Counted from the stretch's first letter, positions 40,707 to 57,415 are shown. The stretch is DNA of 64,000 nt from Eledone cirrhosa (GCA_964016885.1 OZ024744.1:51274001-51338000), one strand, 5' to 3'. Notes: generated by a model from the letters alone, not told the origin. Numbers and translations: made by a program.

Positions 40707-41379
40707 ATACTATAACATAAAATAATATAATATATTATAATATAATATAATATAATATAATATAATATAATATAATATAATATAATGTAGCATAACATAT
40801 ATTATATTTCTAAAATGTTATACTATTTGACAGAATATAATGAAATCTATTTTATCATAATCGAATATAATATTATAAAATGTGAAAAAAAATTATATTA
40901 CCTTATATTATATATTATAATGGCTTATCATAATATAATGTCTATTTTAATAAACACGTAGTATGAGTGTATATCAATAAACGATTGTGCGTACACTCTA
41001 CATGCACATACACATACACAGACAGACACACACATATATAAACACACACACACACATATATATACATATATATATATGTATATATATATATATACATACA
41101 TACATATATATATGTATATATATTACATGCATATTTATATATGAATATATATATATATTTATATATATATAAATATATATATATAAATATGTATGTAATA
41201 TATATATATATACATATATATATGTATGTATGTGTGTTTGTAACTATGTATATATGCATTATAGATAATATACAAGGTATTCTAATATCAGCAAATACTG
41301 AAACGTCTATAAAAACTGCAAACCCCCCCCCCATTCTCTCTCTCTCTTTATATATATGTATATATATATATATATATAG

Positions 41380-41629
41380 AAAAAGATGAAAAAAAAGATG
41401 AAAAAAAGATGAAATCGAAAATGCAACTTTTAGAAAAACCACAGACCCTCCATCTCAACTCTACTTTTGAAAAGCAAACGAATTGCGAAACCGGTAAAGG
41501 AACCAAATACATATATATATTTAAAAAAAAATAAGACTCCAGTTGCATTTTCGATTTCATCTTTTTTTCTTTATACTTTCATTCGTGTAGGACACCTCGG
41601 TTATTTTTCATTTTGTAAAAAAACCTCAC

Positions 41630-41637
<8 letters not shown>
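41380..41637 (+). mobile_element. PLE-type short element with U3-A8 hammerhead at 41464-41499
   Basis: CTT-TTGAAAA-GCAA-ACGAA-TTGC-GAAA-CCGG-TA-AAG; short inverted 5' segment (GATGAAATCGAAAATGCAACT). Same family as 50778-51117. Confidence 0.75.
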
Positions 41638-41717
<80 letters not shown>

Positions 41718-41887
41718 TACATATATTAGTATTGGTGCTCTGAAATAGCGATGTATACATGAATGTATGTATAGTATATTTGGCAATATACAGTATGTTT
41801 AATTAAAAACATTTTGAAGACCTTACGCTATCATTTTAAAGTAGTGACTATGTCACTTGCTTCTTTTCGGCGAAAGAAGGCAGAGAA

Positions 41888-41927
41888 GCTAACAGTCTGT
41901 TTCATGCTGCTTGGCAATCATCAGAGC
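41888..41927 (-). ncRNA. Minimal hammerhead ribozyme
   Basis: Minus strand: GCT-CTGATGA-TTGCCAAGCAGCAT-GAAA-CAGACTG-TT-AGC. Confidence 0.6.
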
Positions 41928-42016
41928 CGAAAATGATAGAAGCTGGATTCTTATAGAATTCCAGTAATAATCAGGAGCTGATTATACAGAGCGATTGCCG
42001 GTCCAGATAAAATTAA

Positions 42017-42081
<65 letters not shown>

Positions 42082-42282
42082 AAGATTGATTGAAGAATAA
42101 CATGGTCGGCTGAACAACAAAGGGCTTTATTTCTAGTATTAACAATTGTTTCATTTTCATTGATCAGGTGAGTGTAAAGGCCGCTAATCACTCGAAGTTG
42201 CGTCACTCGCCCTTCAATACAGTATTTACCTCAGAGTACTCACAACCTCTAACTGGATTACCTATAACGATAACTTGTTATC

Positions 42283-42333
<51 letters not shown>

Positions 42334-42746
42334 ATGCTTGCCGAGCACTGTACGGCGTAATTCGGGCTGTTTGTTTACAAACAAACCGAAACATTATAAT
42401 AAATGTTCAGTAAACCCATACGTACATATATATATGTATGCATGTATATATATATATATATACATGCTACTGTACGTCTGTATGCATATATGTATCTGCG
42501 TATACAATAAATGGATAATCCATGCGGACCTCCATCGAGAAGAAGACTTTCGTCAGAGGGTTCTTCTCACTCGGAGAATATAAAATTCCCGAGTTCAAAT
42601 CACAAACTGGCGCCATACAGAACTGCTCCCGGATGAGAGTGTATGATAAGGAACAATCTTGTCTAGTGCCGTGTGTAAAGATAGAAGGCAATATATATTA
42701 TATATATATTGTATATATATTGTATATATATTGTATATATAATGTA

Positions 42747-42832
<86 letters not shown>

Positions 42833-42835
<3 letters not shown>

Positions 42836-43385
42836 TTAAGGATACTATTTATGGTTATGTATATACTAAAACTTTTTATAGTTATATATATTTTAAACCC
42901 TAAACAGTGAAAGACAGTAATTTATTACTACCTTATTACCAGTAAGATAAATAGCTCAATGTAATAACATCAGTTGTTCTACAGAGCAGTTATATAGAAA
43001 TCACATGAATCAAAGTTCTGTTCAAACCATTTATTAGCTTACAATTGTTTCGTCCAAACCGAGGTTTGGAGTCTTCGGAGCAATCCTTCAATGACTGCCC
43101 ACATACATGACCCCCCATCCAACACAAGAGACACACAGAAACATATGTATACATCTATGCACAGTGGGGCGACATCCACCACAACATCCTTGCATGGCAA
43201 CCTAAACCCACTGTGCATCGATGTATACATATGTTTCTGTGTGTCTCTTGTGTTAGAGGTGGGGGGGGGGGGTCATGTATGTGGGCAATCATTGAAGGAT
43301 TGCTCCGAAGACTCCAAACCTCGGTTTGGACGAAACAATTGTAAGCTAATAAATGGTTAGAACAGAACTTTGATTCATGTGATTT
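42833..43385 (-). mobile_element. Palindromic PLE-type element with hammerheads (CCGAAGA core) in both arms
   Basis: Arms span 42998-43385 around a ~35-nt spacer. Plus HHR 43302-43346 is GCT-CCGAAGA-CTCCAAACC-TC-GGTTTGGAC-GAAA-CAATTG-TA-AGC; minus copy at 43037-43081. Tail on the left. Confidence 0.8.
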
Positions 43386-43722
43386 ATATATGTATATATA
43401 TATATATATATATTGTATGTGTGAGTATATTACATTACTGAGAATACACACAGTTGATATATTCTGAGTGAGTTTCGCGAGTCGCCGCCGATCACACAAC
43501 TGGAAATAATTTCTTCATAACACAGAATAGAGGGCAAATATGTTAGACACAACAAATATAATTGGTGTGTCTAATATATGAAACTAATTAGAATAGAGAA
43601 TGTTTAATAACCTAATTTTTAGCAAATGAATATTTAGGAAATGGTAAAACGTGAGATTCAGAGTCGGTCGTAAAAGGGAGTAAACTTAGAAACATTACAC
43701 ACACTCACACACACACATATAA

Positions 43723-43927
<205 letters not shown>

Positions 43928-44120
43928 ATTAAATGTTTAACAAGGTTCAATGAATTCATCACTAAATTATAACCATCAACATAGTCAAGGGATGTCAGGC
44001 ATCAAGTTATTTTATCTGATGAGGACGTACTGTTGAAGTAGCTCAGTATCTATGAAATATGTATAATAATATATATTTGATCACATGAATGTCTATATTT
44101 ATTAATATTTTGAATATATA
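43928..44120. mobile_element. Minimal derivative of the 9352-12508 PLE family: inverted tail + pLTR piece with HHR at 44008-44073
   Basis: TTAACAAGGTTCAATGAAT is the reverse complement of the 12481-12500 tail. HHR: TATTTTAT-CTGATGA-GGACGTACTG..CAGTATCTAT-GAAA-TATGTA-TA-ATAATATA. Confidence 0.75.
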
Positions 44121-44761
44121 TATATTTTGATATATATATATATATATGATTTCTTTTGAATGAAACAGTTCCTGTCCTGCAGAAGCTATATTAAACATGT
44201 TATCTATCAATCTATCTATCTATCTATCTATATGTCTGTTTGTCTGTCTCTCTCTCTCTCTCCCTCTCTCTCTCTATCTATCTCTCTCTCTTTCTATATA
44301 TATATATATGCATGTATGTATATATATATATATGCATACATGCATATATATACAGTATATATATATATGCATGCATGTATGTATGTATGTATGTATGTAT
44401 GTATGTATGTATGTAGGGAGAGATGACCCCTTAGCCTTTGTCAAGGCAGAATTCTAGGAGAAGGAAAACTCTGATATAACACCTGCAACCCTGATGGTAT
44501 CCAATGATGTTGACTTGTTCTTCTTTTTGGTAAATATCATCTTGGTTAAGAGAGTGGGACTGGCTTTGTGCAGTGCCTTTGCTCACTATAAAAGCTTCAC
44601 GGCACAGGCATTGCTTTATATCTGGAGATCTCTCTGCACTTGTCGTCACATGGTACCATGGGCCCAGCACTATGTGTCAGTAATTGTCACAAGTGTAGTG
44701 TTTGTACCAGAGTTTTCAAGTCGCTGGCTGGACTAAAAAGTCACACTCGTTCAGCGCATCG

Positions 44762-44826
44762 GTAGGGGTTCTCCTACATGGATATAAAGTAGTGGCCGTA
44801 CTCGAAAACGAGTTGGCAGCCACCAT
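44762..44826 (+). repeat. ~63-bp segment duplicated at 48392-48455, each followed by (ATGT)n; probable retroelement 3' end
   Basis: GTAGGG(G)TTCTCCTACATGGATATAAAGTAGTGGCCGTACTCGAAAACGAGTTGGCAGCCACC-ATGT is near-identical at both sites. Confidence 0.7.
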
Positions 44827-44959
44827 GTATGTATGTATATATGTATATATGTATGTATATATGTATGTATGTAAGTGTGTATGAATGTATGTATGCATAG
44901 ATACTTACATATATTGTTTTTGTGTTTATTCATATCATAAATGTTACGTTATAACACAC

Positions 44960-45107
<148 letters not shown>

Positions 45108-45437
45108 AGGCATATACATAACTGTTAAGTCGTTTGAATCCGACCAAGTCACGAATGAATATTTGGACATACATTGGTATAATAAAAAAAAATGATTTCA
45201 TTCGATTTATTTAATTTTGAATTGATTATTTCTTTTTTAAATTTAGATTTTTTCTTAAATCTACAAAATCATAAGAATTAGTCAATCGAATCGATACTAA
45301 TATAATAGACGATTCAATTTTTAAAAAAATATCACAATCGGATGTAATATTGTTGTTGTCGAGTCAATTGTTGTAGTTGCACAGCCGGCACCTGGGTATT
45401 TAGCACCCACGGTTGGCTCTATAATTAGCACCCTCAT

Positions 45438-45890
45438 TCTCCCAGTTATGCGCCTCATTCTCTCAGTTATGTGCCTCGTTCTCTCAGCTATGCGCCCCAT
45501 TCTCCCAGTTATGCGCCTCGTTCTTCCAGTTATGCGCCACATTCTCCCAGTATGCGTGTCTTCTCCCAGTTTGCGTTCTTTCTCCCAGTTATACGTCTCG
45601 TTCTCCCAGTTATGAGCCGCTTATCCCAGTTATGCACCCCTTCTCCCAGTTATGCGTCCCTTCTCCCAGTTATGCGTCACTTCTCCCAGTTATACGTCTC
45701 GTTCTCCCAGTTATTCGTCGCTTATCCCAGTTATGCGCCCCTTCTCCCAGTTATGCGCCTCGGTCTCCGAGTTATGCGCCACTTCTCCTAATTATGCACC
45801 TCATTCTCCCAGTTATGCACCTCATTCACCCAGTTATACGCCTCGTTCTCCCAGTTATGCGCCTCGTTCTCTCAGTTATACGTCCCTTCT
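45438..45890 (+). repeat. 19-21-bp minisatellite, ~22 units, translating as SPSYAP[HR]
   Basis: Consensus TCTCCCAGTTATGCGCCTCRT; the reading frame is not preserved across units. Confidence 0.9.
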
Positions 45891-46067
45891 CACGAGTGAA
45901 ATAGGTAGGTAAAATATAAACAAAATCTAATATCAACAACGACAACAATAGTACTACCACCTCCATCGCCCCCCCCCCCCCCCATACCGCCACTTAATGT
46001 CCGACGCTTTACCAATACTGCCAATCCATCACCTTTATCCCATCCTTAGAGCCGTAAGAATAAAACT

Positions 46068-46575
46068 AATTGTTTCTACTTTTGGCACAAGGCCAGCAAA
46101 TACCCAGTGTATTACTGGTACTTTATTTTATCGACTTAATAATGATTTCTGATTTAGGCCCAAGACCAACAATTTTGGAGGCGGGAAAGTCGATTAACTC
46201 GCTATTAGTGCGTTACTGGTACTGATTAATTCTGTGGCCACTGGGGCCAAAAACTGGAGATTTACATATAAAAACGGGTAAAAATTAAGATAACAAGTAA
46301 CAATAAACAAAGAAAATTGGAAACAAAATAAATCCCCAACGGGGTAAGCACCACACAGGGGTCATTTCGGAATCTCAAAGATACAAAACAACCCAAGAGC
46401 ACAATAATAATGATACTAACAACAACAACAATTGTAGTAAAAAAAAAAAAATGATTTCTATTATAGGCACAAGGCCTACAAATTTAGAAGAGGGGAAAGT
46501 CGATTAAATCTACACCAGTGCGTTACTGGTCCTTTATTTTATCGACCCCGTAACGATGAAACCTTGGCAGGATTG
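46068..46575 (-). mobile_element. SINE fragments (46068-46135, 46141-46222, 46451-46575) around a probable Tx1 3' fragment
   Basis: Homology to the SINE consensus. Minus-strand ATGTAAATCTCC...CCCCAGTGGCCAC at ~46234-46267 resembles the LINE 3' end. Confidence 0.65.
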
Positions 46576-46585
46576 AATAATGATG

Positions 46586-46645
<60 letters not shown>

Positions 46646-46646
<1 letters not shown>

Positions 46647-47046
46647 ACAATGGACCTGACCTGGTGGTTGTGGACAAAGAAAAAAGATCGTGTCTGATTG
46701 TGGATGTGGCCTGCCCTTTCGACACGAGAGTGCAAGAGAAGGAGAGGGAGAAAATTAACCGATACCAGGACCTAAAGTGGGAGGTAAAAAGGATTTGGAA
46801 CTGCCATGAAGTCAAAGTGATCCCGATTGTCATAGGCGCACTGGGGACTATCTCCAAAAGTTTCCAGGGATGGTTAAAGAAAATCGGCCCCTTCACGCTT
46901 TTTGGAACGCTTCAAAAGGCATGCTTGCTGGGAACAGCAAGAACTCTCCGATACGTCCTGAATATCTGAGGCTGCAGGTAGTGGCTTGATATTAATTCCA
47001 ACGGACTTTCCAGTTAACCAACATCAATGACTGAGACTCAAGGAAT
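46646..47046 (+). mobile_element. R4/Dong-clade non-LTR retrotransposon 3' fragment (restriction-like endonuclease) in (TAA)n
   Basis: HNGPDLVVVDKEKRSCLIVDVACPFD...EKINRYQDLK...VIPIVIGALG...LQKACLLGTARTLR = PD-(D/E)xK domain. (TAA)n on both sides, the known Dong target. Confidence 0.88.
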
Positions 47047-47074
47047 AACAACAATAATAATAATAATTATTATT

Positions 47075-47421
47075 ATTATTTCTACTTTTGGCACAAGGCC
47101 AGCAATTATCTCAGTACATTACTGGTACTTTATTTTATCGACTCCGTAAGGATGAAAGGCAAAGTTAACCTCGGCGGGATTTGAACTCAGAATGGCAAGG
47201 GCCGTAACTCTATGCGTCAAAGCATGGCGTCCGACCCTCTACCTATACTGCCAATCCACCACCCTTTTTAATAATAATAATGATAATAATAATGCTTTCT
47301 TTATTAACCACATTTTGCGGAGGGGAAAGTCGATTAAACCGAGCCCAGTACATTACTGGTACTTTATTTTATCGACCCCGTAATAAGGATGAAAGGCAAA
47401 GTTAACCTCGGTGGGATTTGA
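47075..47421 (-). mobile_element. Two SINE copies
   Basis: Full copy at 47075-47263 and truncated copy at ~47318-47421. Confidence 0.8.
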
Positions 47422-47699
47422 ATAATATAAAAAATAAGACGGCGGAGAAAATAAATTGACGTCATGATGTTTAATGGAGGAGTTAAACGGGGGGGGGGGG
47501 GGGGCAAAATGGGGCAAATTCATTTACCTGCGTATCGAAAAAATTAAGTAACTTACCTGGTATCATAGATGTAGTAATCCAAGTGGAAATGATGTGTCCA
47601 GTCATCGATATCTTCACTGTCAGAGTTCATGAGATTTGGTGATTGAACTGATTAATTGAAAGATCCAGCTACTATTAGGGGACAAAAATGATTGTGTTT

Positions 47700-50776
<3,077 letters not shown>

Positions 50777-50777
50777 T

Positions 50778-51110
50778 CGTTTTTTTTTACAAAATGAAAA
50801 ATAACCGAGGTGTCCTACACGAGTGAAAGTATAAAGAAAAAGAGATGAAATCGAAAATGCAACTGGAGTCTTATTTTTTTTTAAAATATATATATTTATT
50901 TGGTTCCTTTACCGGTTTCGCAGTTCTTCTGCTTTTCAAAAGGTGAGTTGAGATGGAGGCTCTGTGGTTTGTGAGAAAAACCACAGAGCCTCCATTTCAA
51001 CTCACCTTTTGAAAAGCAGAAGAACTGCGAAACCGGTAAAGGAACCAAATAAATATATATATTAAAAAAAAAATAAGACTCCAGTTGCATTTTTGATTTC
51101 ATCTCTTTTT

Positions 51111-51117
<7 letters not shown>
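50778..51117 (-). mobile_element. Palindromic PLE-type element with U3-A8 hammerheads in both arms
   Basis: Arms span 50830-51117. Plus HHR 51005-51042 is CCTT-TTGAAAA-GCAG-AAGAA-CTGC-GAAA-CCGG-TA-AAGG; minus copy at 50906-50943. Tail at 50778-50829. Confidence 0.82.
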
Positions 51118-51208
<91 letters not shown>

Positions 51209-51369
51209 GTGTGTGTGTAATCTATCTGTCGATAGAGTTTCTGTTTCTTAAATATAACGGTGCTAAATATCTCCACTAGATTGAAATGGCATACTCCATC
51301 TATACGGACGTTTAATTTGATTAAATAAATACGTACATACATAACATACATACATATATATATATATAT

Positions 51370-51558
51370 CGGAAAAGTAGACCCCGACGGCAGAGCTCAA
51401 GCCGTTTCGACGGCTATTTCTGGACTCCAGAAATAGCCGTCGAAACGGCTTCAGCTCTGCCGTCGGCCTGATACTTGTTCCTATTACCCACTCTACTACC
51501 CTAAGTATTGAGTACTCTGGTGCGTTATGGTCCATCAGGTTCCTTACCACACTTCCTT

Positions 51559-51562
<4 letters not shown>
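51370..51562 (+). mobile_element. Fold-back element containing the 3' half of a hammerhead in each arm
   Basis: CCGACGGCAGAGCTCAAGCCGTTTCGACGGCTATTTCTGGA-C-TCCAGAAATAGCCGTCGAAACGGCTTCAGCTCTGCCGTCGG plus a tail. Second copy at 58951-59158 in the opposite orientation. Confidence 0.75.
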
Positions 51563-51606
<44 letters not shown>

Positions 51607-51657
51607 ATGTATATATGCATGTATGTATGTATGTATGTATATATGTATGTATGTATG

Positions 51658-51702
<45 letters not shown>

Positions 51703-51703
51703 A

Positions 51704-51739
<36 letters not shown>

Positions 51740-51758
51740 GATATATATATATATATGA

Positions 51759-51809
<51 letters not shown>

Positions 51810-51963
51810 AACATACATAGATATAGACATAAATAGACACATACATAGATACATACATATACATAAAGATACATAGATGCAGACATCCATATACATACAT
51901 ACATAATTGTTTCTACTTTAGGCACAAGGCCAGCAATTACCCAGTGCATTACTGGTACTTTAT

Positions 51964-51999
<36 letters not shown>

Positions 52000-52340
52000 C
52001 ATACATACATACATACATACATAGACAGGCGTTCATTGACGTAAGACTAAGGTGTCTTGAACATGACAGAATGCAGAGATTTTATTTCACGTTGAAACAT
52101 CTGGTGATTTGTTCCTAACAACTTGCCAGATGTTCCGTGTTATACTGATTAATCTGGCCGTGGTTTTACTAATCGCCAGATGAAATGTTCTGCAAGGGAT
52201 CAATATTTTAACTCTCTCTCTCTCTCTCTCTCTCTGTATATATATATATATATATATGTATATATCCAGGGTGTGCACTCGATGTTTAGATTCACTTCAG
52301 TGTCGAGGTGTAGAGCTATACAGAGTGTATTATAGTTAAA

Positions 52341-52567
52341 TAAGATAACCAGGATGATTGGTTACTCCTTCATTACGTTTATTGGTTGGTTATGCACGTC
52401 TCGCCACTGACCCGACTCTGTAATCGGCATTAACATTACAAGGGGTCTGACGAGCCGCCGATTACAGAATCGGGTCAGATCGATACAGAGCCTTGAGCTG
52501 ATCAGTGGCGAAACGCGCGTCACCAACCAATAAACGTAATGAAGGATTAACCAATCGTCCTTGTTAT

Positions 52568-52571
<4 letters not shown>
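52341..52571. mobile_element. Imperfect palindromic element with hammerhead at 52444-52524
   Basis: GGT-CTGACGA-GCCGCCGAT...ATCAGTGGC-GAAA-CGCGCG-TC-ACC; degenerate inverted copy at 52341-52428. Confidence 0.8.
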
Positions 52572-52631
<60 letters not shown>

Positions 52632-52968
52632 CATGTACGTATATATGGTTCAAAGTGGCTAGTCGGTATTTGGCAGTTTTGATTTCTCGTAACGGCTAAT
52701 GGTAACCTCCTTTTCCGTCAATAAGCCTAATCTTTCTATTTTATAAGGTATATTATAGGATCTTCGCGCATGACCACTTCATTCCCTATATTATATATAT
52801 ATATTGGGTCAGCATTATCACCGGGAACGGAGGCACGTCCCTGCTGTGCAGTACATAGCAGGGAGTATTCATATATATATATAAATAACTGATTCACCTG
52901 ATGAATATGTATTTAATTACATAATTAAATATACATATTTAATTATGTATATTTAAATACATAATTAA

Positions 52969-53028
<60 letters not shown>

Positions 53029-53118
53029 CATAATATATTATACATAATATAATATATAATATAATGTGTGTGTGCTTTTATATATATATATATATAAAAT
53101 ATATATATATATATATAC

Positions 53119-53150
<32 letters not shown>

Positions 53151-53198
53151 CCTATATATATATATATATATTATATATATACATATATATATATATAT

Positions 53199-53319
53199 GT
53201 CCTGCGTCTCCAACAGACCAGTGTCTGTCCTTAAGGCATCAACATAATGGCAGCGATAATGAGGGACAGAGACCGCTGGAGAGAACTCGTCCATGGATTT
53301 CGGGAGTTTTACCCGCCTT

Positions 53320-53321
<2 letters not shown>
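53199..53321 (+). mobile_element. RTE-clade 3' fragment with 5' inversion, in (TA)n
   Basis: Minus 53199-53246 = [16 protein letters not shown]; plus 53247-53321 = [24 protein letters not shown]-stop. Confidence 0.85.
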
Positions 53322-53369
<48 letters not shown>

Positions 53370-53415
53370 GTGAATGTATATATAAATATACATGTGAATA
53401 TATATATACATGTGA

Positions 53416-53453
<38 letters not shown>

Positions 53454-53605
53454 ATATATAATGTTTATACTTGGGGAGGTTCATATTGTTGTAATAATAT
53501 TGCCAGAATTAATAACAGAACACACTCACTGTTTGGTTGGTTTTCGCTTCTGTATCTTTTATATCTCCATAGTTAATTTATTTGGGAATCAATGTTTATA
53601 TATAT

Positions 53606-53690
<85 letters not shown>

Positions 53691-53785
53691 ATATATTACT
53701 GTTTGTTTTCCAGATGATCATATGTGTTCCAACCTGGACCATCCATACATTTTATCAGACATCATATATATTAGATGAAACTCAT

Positions 53786-53985
53786 NNNNNNNNNNNNNNN
53801 NNNNNNNNNNNNNNNNNNNNNNNNNNNNNNNNNNNNNNNNNNNNNNNNNNNNNNNNNNNNNNNNNNNNNNNNNNNNNNNNNNNNNNNNNNNNNNNNNNNN
53901 NNNNNNNNNNNNNNNNNNNNNNNNNNNNNNNNNNNNNNNNNNNNNNNNNNNNNNNNNNNNNNNNNNNNNNNNNNNNNNNNNNNNN
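53786..53985. other. Assembly gap (200 N)
   Basis: Run of N. Confidence 1.
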
Positions 53986-54210
53986 TACTTTAGAAAGTAT
54001 GTATTGATGGTTTGTAGTAGGAAAAGGTGTATACTATAAATAGTTGACAGAGTGGTAAAAAGAAGAAAATTGTTTACTTTTTATTATCCACAGTCCCTAT
54101 TATCAGAGCACGCATATAGCTTCATCTGTGTATGGGGTCCTGAACAATACTAATACTGTGGAATCATAGGCGTGCCGTAGTGATGTGATATAGAACATGT
54201 TGGGTATCTA

Positions 54211-54515
54211 CAGGGTTAGATTTAGATCTTGTGGGGTCCGGGCCACTTCAAGTTTAGGGGGCCCCCTCATGCACAAAAAATTAGAATACACAGTAAACCC
54301 CCAATTTTACATATCAAAGTTAGCTACGCAAATAATTGGAATTGAAAAGTTATACATAAGGTATTAAATTCAAAATTTCTAACCATCTTAAAACTAAAAA
54401 GCTCAGCTGAGGGCACAAAATAAATTTCGCAAAGGAAATGTCGCTTGTGGGGTCCACCACAGTAGGGGTGGGGTGGGAAAATTGCCCCCCTTTTCCCTCG
54501 TTAAATCCAGCCCTG
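54211..54515. mobile_element. hAT-type MITE
   Basis: TIRs CAGGGTTAGATTTA / TAAATCCAGCCCTG (12/14 match); degenerate 8-bp TSD GGTATCTA / GGCATTTA. Confidence 0.75.
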
Positions 54516-54989
54516 GGCATTTAAACTAATAGAGTACATCCTTCTCCAGGTTGGAATATAGTCGATTTCTTGTGGGGAGAAAGAGAAGGAGAGACAAAGA
54601 AAGAAGAATTAAGAAAAAGCAAGAAGAATCGACCCAAGTATTGATACTTCGAGAATAACTAACTCCTAGCAATTTGTGAGCCTTTTTATATTTCATTCAT
54701 GTAGAATTAAATTTAAAAAAATCCTGCTGCATTGTGTAAGGAAAAGATACACAACAACAGGGTGTCAGTGCCCCTGTTACTACCGAGTGTCGCCACTATG
54801 GTCATAGGGTCTTTAAGATACACCAACGCACCATTAACCGTCCTGAGTCGAGAAATCAAATTGGTCAGAAGCAAAACTATTATCCTACAACAATAACTAA
54901 TCTGTTATTTCCTCATAGTGGTTCTTGTTTAGTCTCCCGGGTCAATGCGGACATCTGATTAAAGTCTTTCCACCCGTGATCATTCCATC

Positions 54990-55040
<51 letters not shown>

Positions 55041-55045
<5 letters not shown>

Positions 55046-55463
55046 ATATTAAATAAATGGAAACTATATTTATAAAACCATATTTATTCTATTATATATA
55101 TTTCAAGGGTACCAACACTTTGGTACGCTTTCATCAGATAAAATACGAAGTGTGTTTTATAAATTTTGACATAACCAAGGAAAATATCTTAACGGTTCAA
55201 GTTTTCCTTGGATAGTGTGAAAGTATTTTCCTTGGTTATGTCAACATTTATAAAACACACTTCGTATATTATCTGATGAAAGCGTACCAAAGTTTTGGAA
55301 CCCTTGAAATATATATAATAGAATAAATATGGTTTTATAAATATAGTTTCCATTTATTTAATATCATTGAATATTATACTCCAGAAAACTTGGCGAGTGC
55401 TCTGAATCAGTTATAAACATTTATATTTGTTGAATTACCAACAAATTAAATATCCCTTCTGCT
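55041..55463 (+). mobile_element. Palindromic PLE-type element in (TA)n with canonical hammerheads in both arms
   Basis: Arms span 55041-55369. HHR on minus at 55085-55145 and on plus at 55265-55325 (CTGATGA-AAGCGTACCAA..TTGGAACCCTT-GAAA-TATATA-TA). Tail runs to 55463. Confidence 0.85.
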
Positions 55464-55592
55464 TATATATATATATATATATATAATGTATATATATATA
55501 TATATATATAAGTGGTAACACAACAGTTAGTTCACCATACCGAGAATATTTGTTTCACCTTAGCGGATTTTCAGCTCAGTCTACCTCTCTCA

Positions 55593-55681
<89 letters not shown>

Positions 55682-55778
55682 GATTGTGTAACAAATAAAT
55701 TATATAAATTCTAACCTACTGATTTCTAGTTCATTGTAGGCACAAAATATACCAATTATCTATATCTATCTATCTATA

Positions 55779-56412
55779 GTGGCGAGAATGGCCCGAGTGA
55801 ATGGGCCTCCTCTCTATATCAGCCTGTAGGTTGAGGAAAAGGAGGAGGAGAGGAAAGGGGTACAAACTCTTCCTACTCCTGGAGATGAGGGTTGCACATT
55901 TTTTCGGGGGTATGTGTTACCCATATGAACTGTCAGAAAATCGACTAATTTTTTAAATTGCATTTGTGATAACATTTTACACGTTTTTATTGTATGTAAA
56001 CTTCCCCCTTTGTATTTGTCCCCTTCTTTTGTGCCCCTGTGGCTAATAAAGAAACATATCTATCTATCTATCTATCTATGAAAGATGGGTGAAAGTGGCG
56101 AGAATGGCCTGTGTGAATGGGCCTTCACTCTACATCAGACTGTAGGTGAGAAAGATGAAAGATGATGGGAGCACCCTCTCTCTGTGCACCTGAGGAGAAG
56201 GGTTGCACACTTTTTTCGGGGGTGTGTGCGACCCCCCAAGGCGCCTCCTCCCTATTGAGGATTTTGTTATTAAATTTATTTTTGTTATATTTTATATTTT
56301 ATATTTTTATATTTTGTTATTGCCTCCTCCTTATTGAGGGCGCCTTGTTATGTAAACTCCCCCATTGTACTTGTCCCACTTTTTGACGCCCTGGTGGCAA
56401 ATAAAAAGAAAG

Positions 56413-56413
<1 letters not shown>
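55779..56413 (+). mobile_element. Two tandem 3' fragments of Tx1-like LINEs in (CTAT)n
   Basis: Both contain GTGGCGAGAATGGCC...CTGTAGG (ORF2 C-terminus VARMA, as at 19541-19591) and end GTGGC.AATAAA.GAAA followed by (TATC)n. Confidence 0.8.
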
Positions 56414-56493
<80 letters not shown>

Positions 56494-56569
56494 CATCTAT
56501 CTCTATCTCTCTCTCTCTATATATATATATAAATGTTATATATATATTATATATAAATGATATAAATGT

Positions 56570-56665
<96 letters not shown>

Positions 56666-56673
56666 AGTGTGTT

Positions 56674-56719
<46 letters not shown>

Positions 56720-56727
56720 TACACATT

Positions 56728-56801
<74 letters not shown>

Positions 56802-56853
56802 GACATACACACAATCTACTTTTTGAATTGTTGAGCAAGTAGGAAGTATTTTG

Positions 56854-57073
56854 AATTTAAATTTAGTAGCTTCAATATTTTTGACTTTGAAATAGAGTCT
56901 AATAAATTGGACATATAAGCCTCCGGAGACGAACCAAAAATTGTACAGCGCCGGCACCGCCGTCTAAGACGGAGCCGGCGCTGTACAATTTTTGGTTCGT
57001 CTCCGGAGGCTTATATGTCCAACTTAGATTATATTTCAAAGTCAAAAAATATTGAAGCTTCTACGTTTAAATT
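56854..57073. repeat. ~220-bp near-perfect palindrome
   Basis: TTGGACATATAAGCCTCCGGAGACGAACCAAAAATTGTACAGCGCCGGC and its exact reverse complement, around CCGTCT-A-AGACGG. Confidence 0.9.
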
Positions 57074-57172
57074 ACACACACACATACACATACATACATA
57101 CACACACACATATATATATATATATGTGTGTGTATAAATAAATAAATATATATATATATAAATATATGTACG

Positions 57173-57220
<48 letters not shown>

Positions 57221-57380
57221 GGTGTGTGGGTGTGTGGGCGTGGGGGGGGGGGGGTGTAAGTATATCAATCTATATTTGGATATATATATATGTTTACATA
57301 CATACATACACATGATGGCTGCCCACCTCGTTATCGAGTAGGGCGAATACATACTTACACATACATACATACATACTTAC

Positions 57381-57415
<35 letters not shown>

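Noticed and set aside
42540-42570. Additional HHR candidates (minus CTGACGA at ~42550; also ~42140-42170, ~52898 and ~59776)
   Set aside because: Core-like heptamer present, but GAAA/stem III or stem I pairing could not be completed; at best decayed.
47557-47647. DPP4-family similarity of WTHHFHLDYYIYD to WRHSYTASYDIYD
   Set aside because: Short match; upstream residues do not fit and no other DPP4-like exons were seen.
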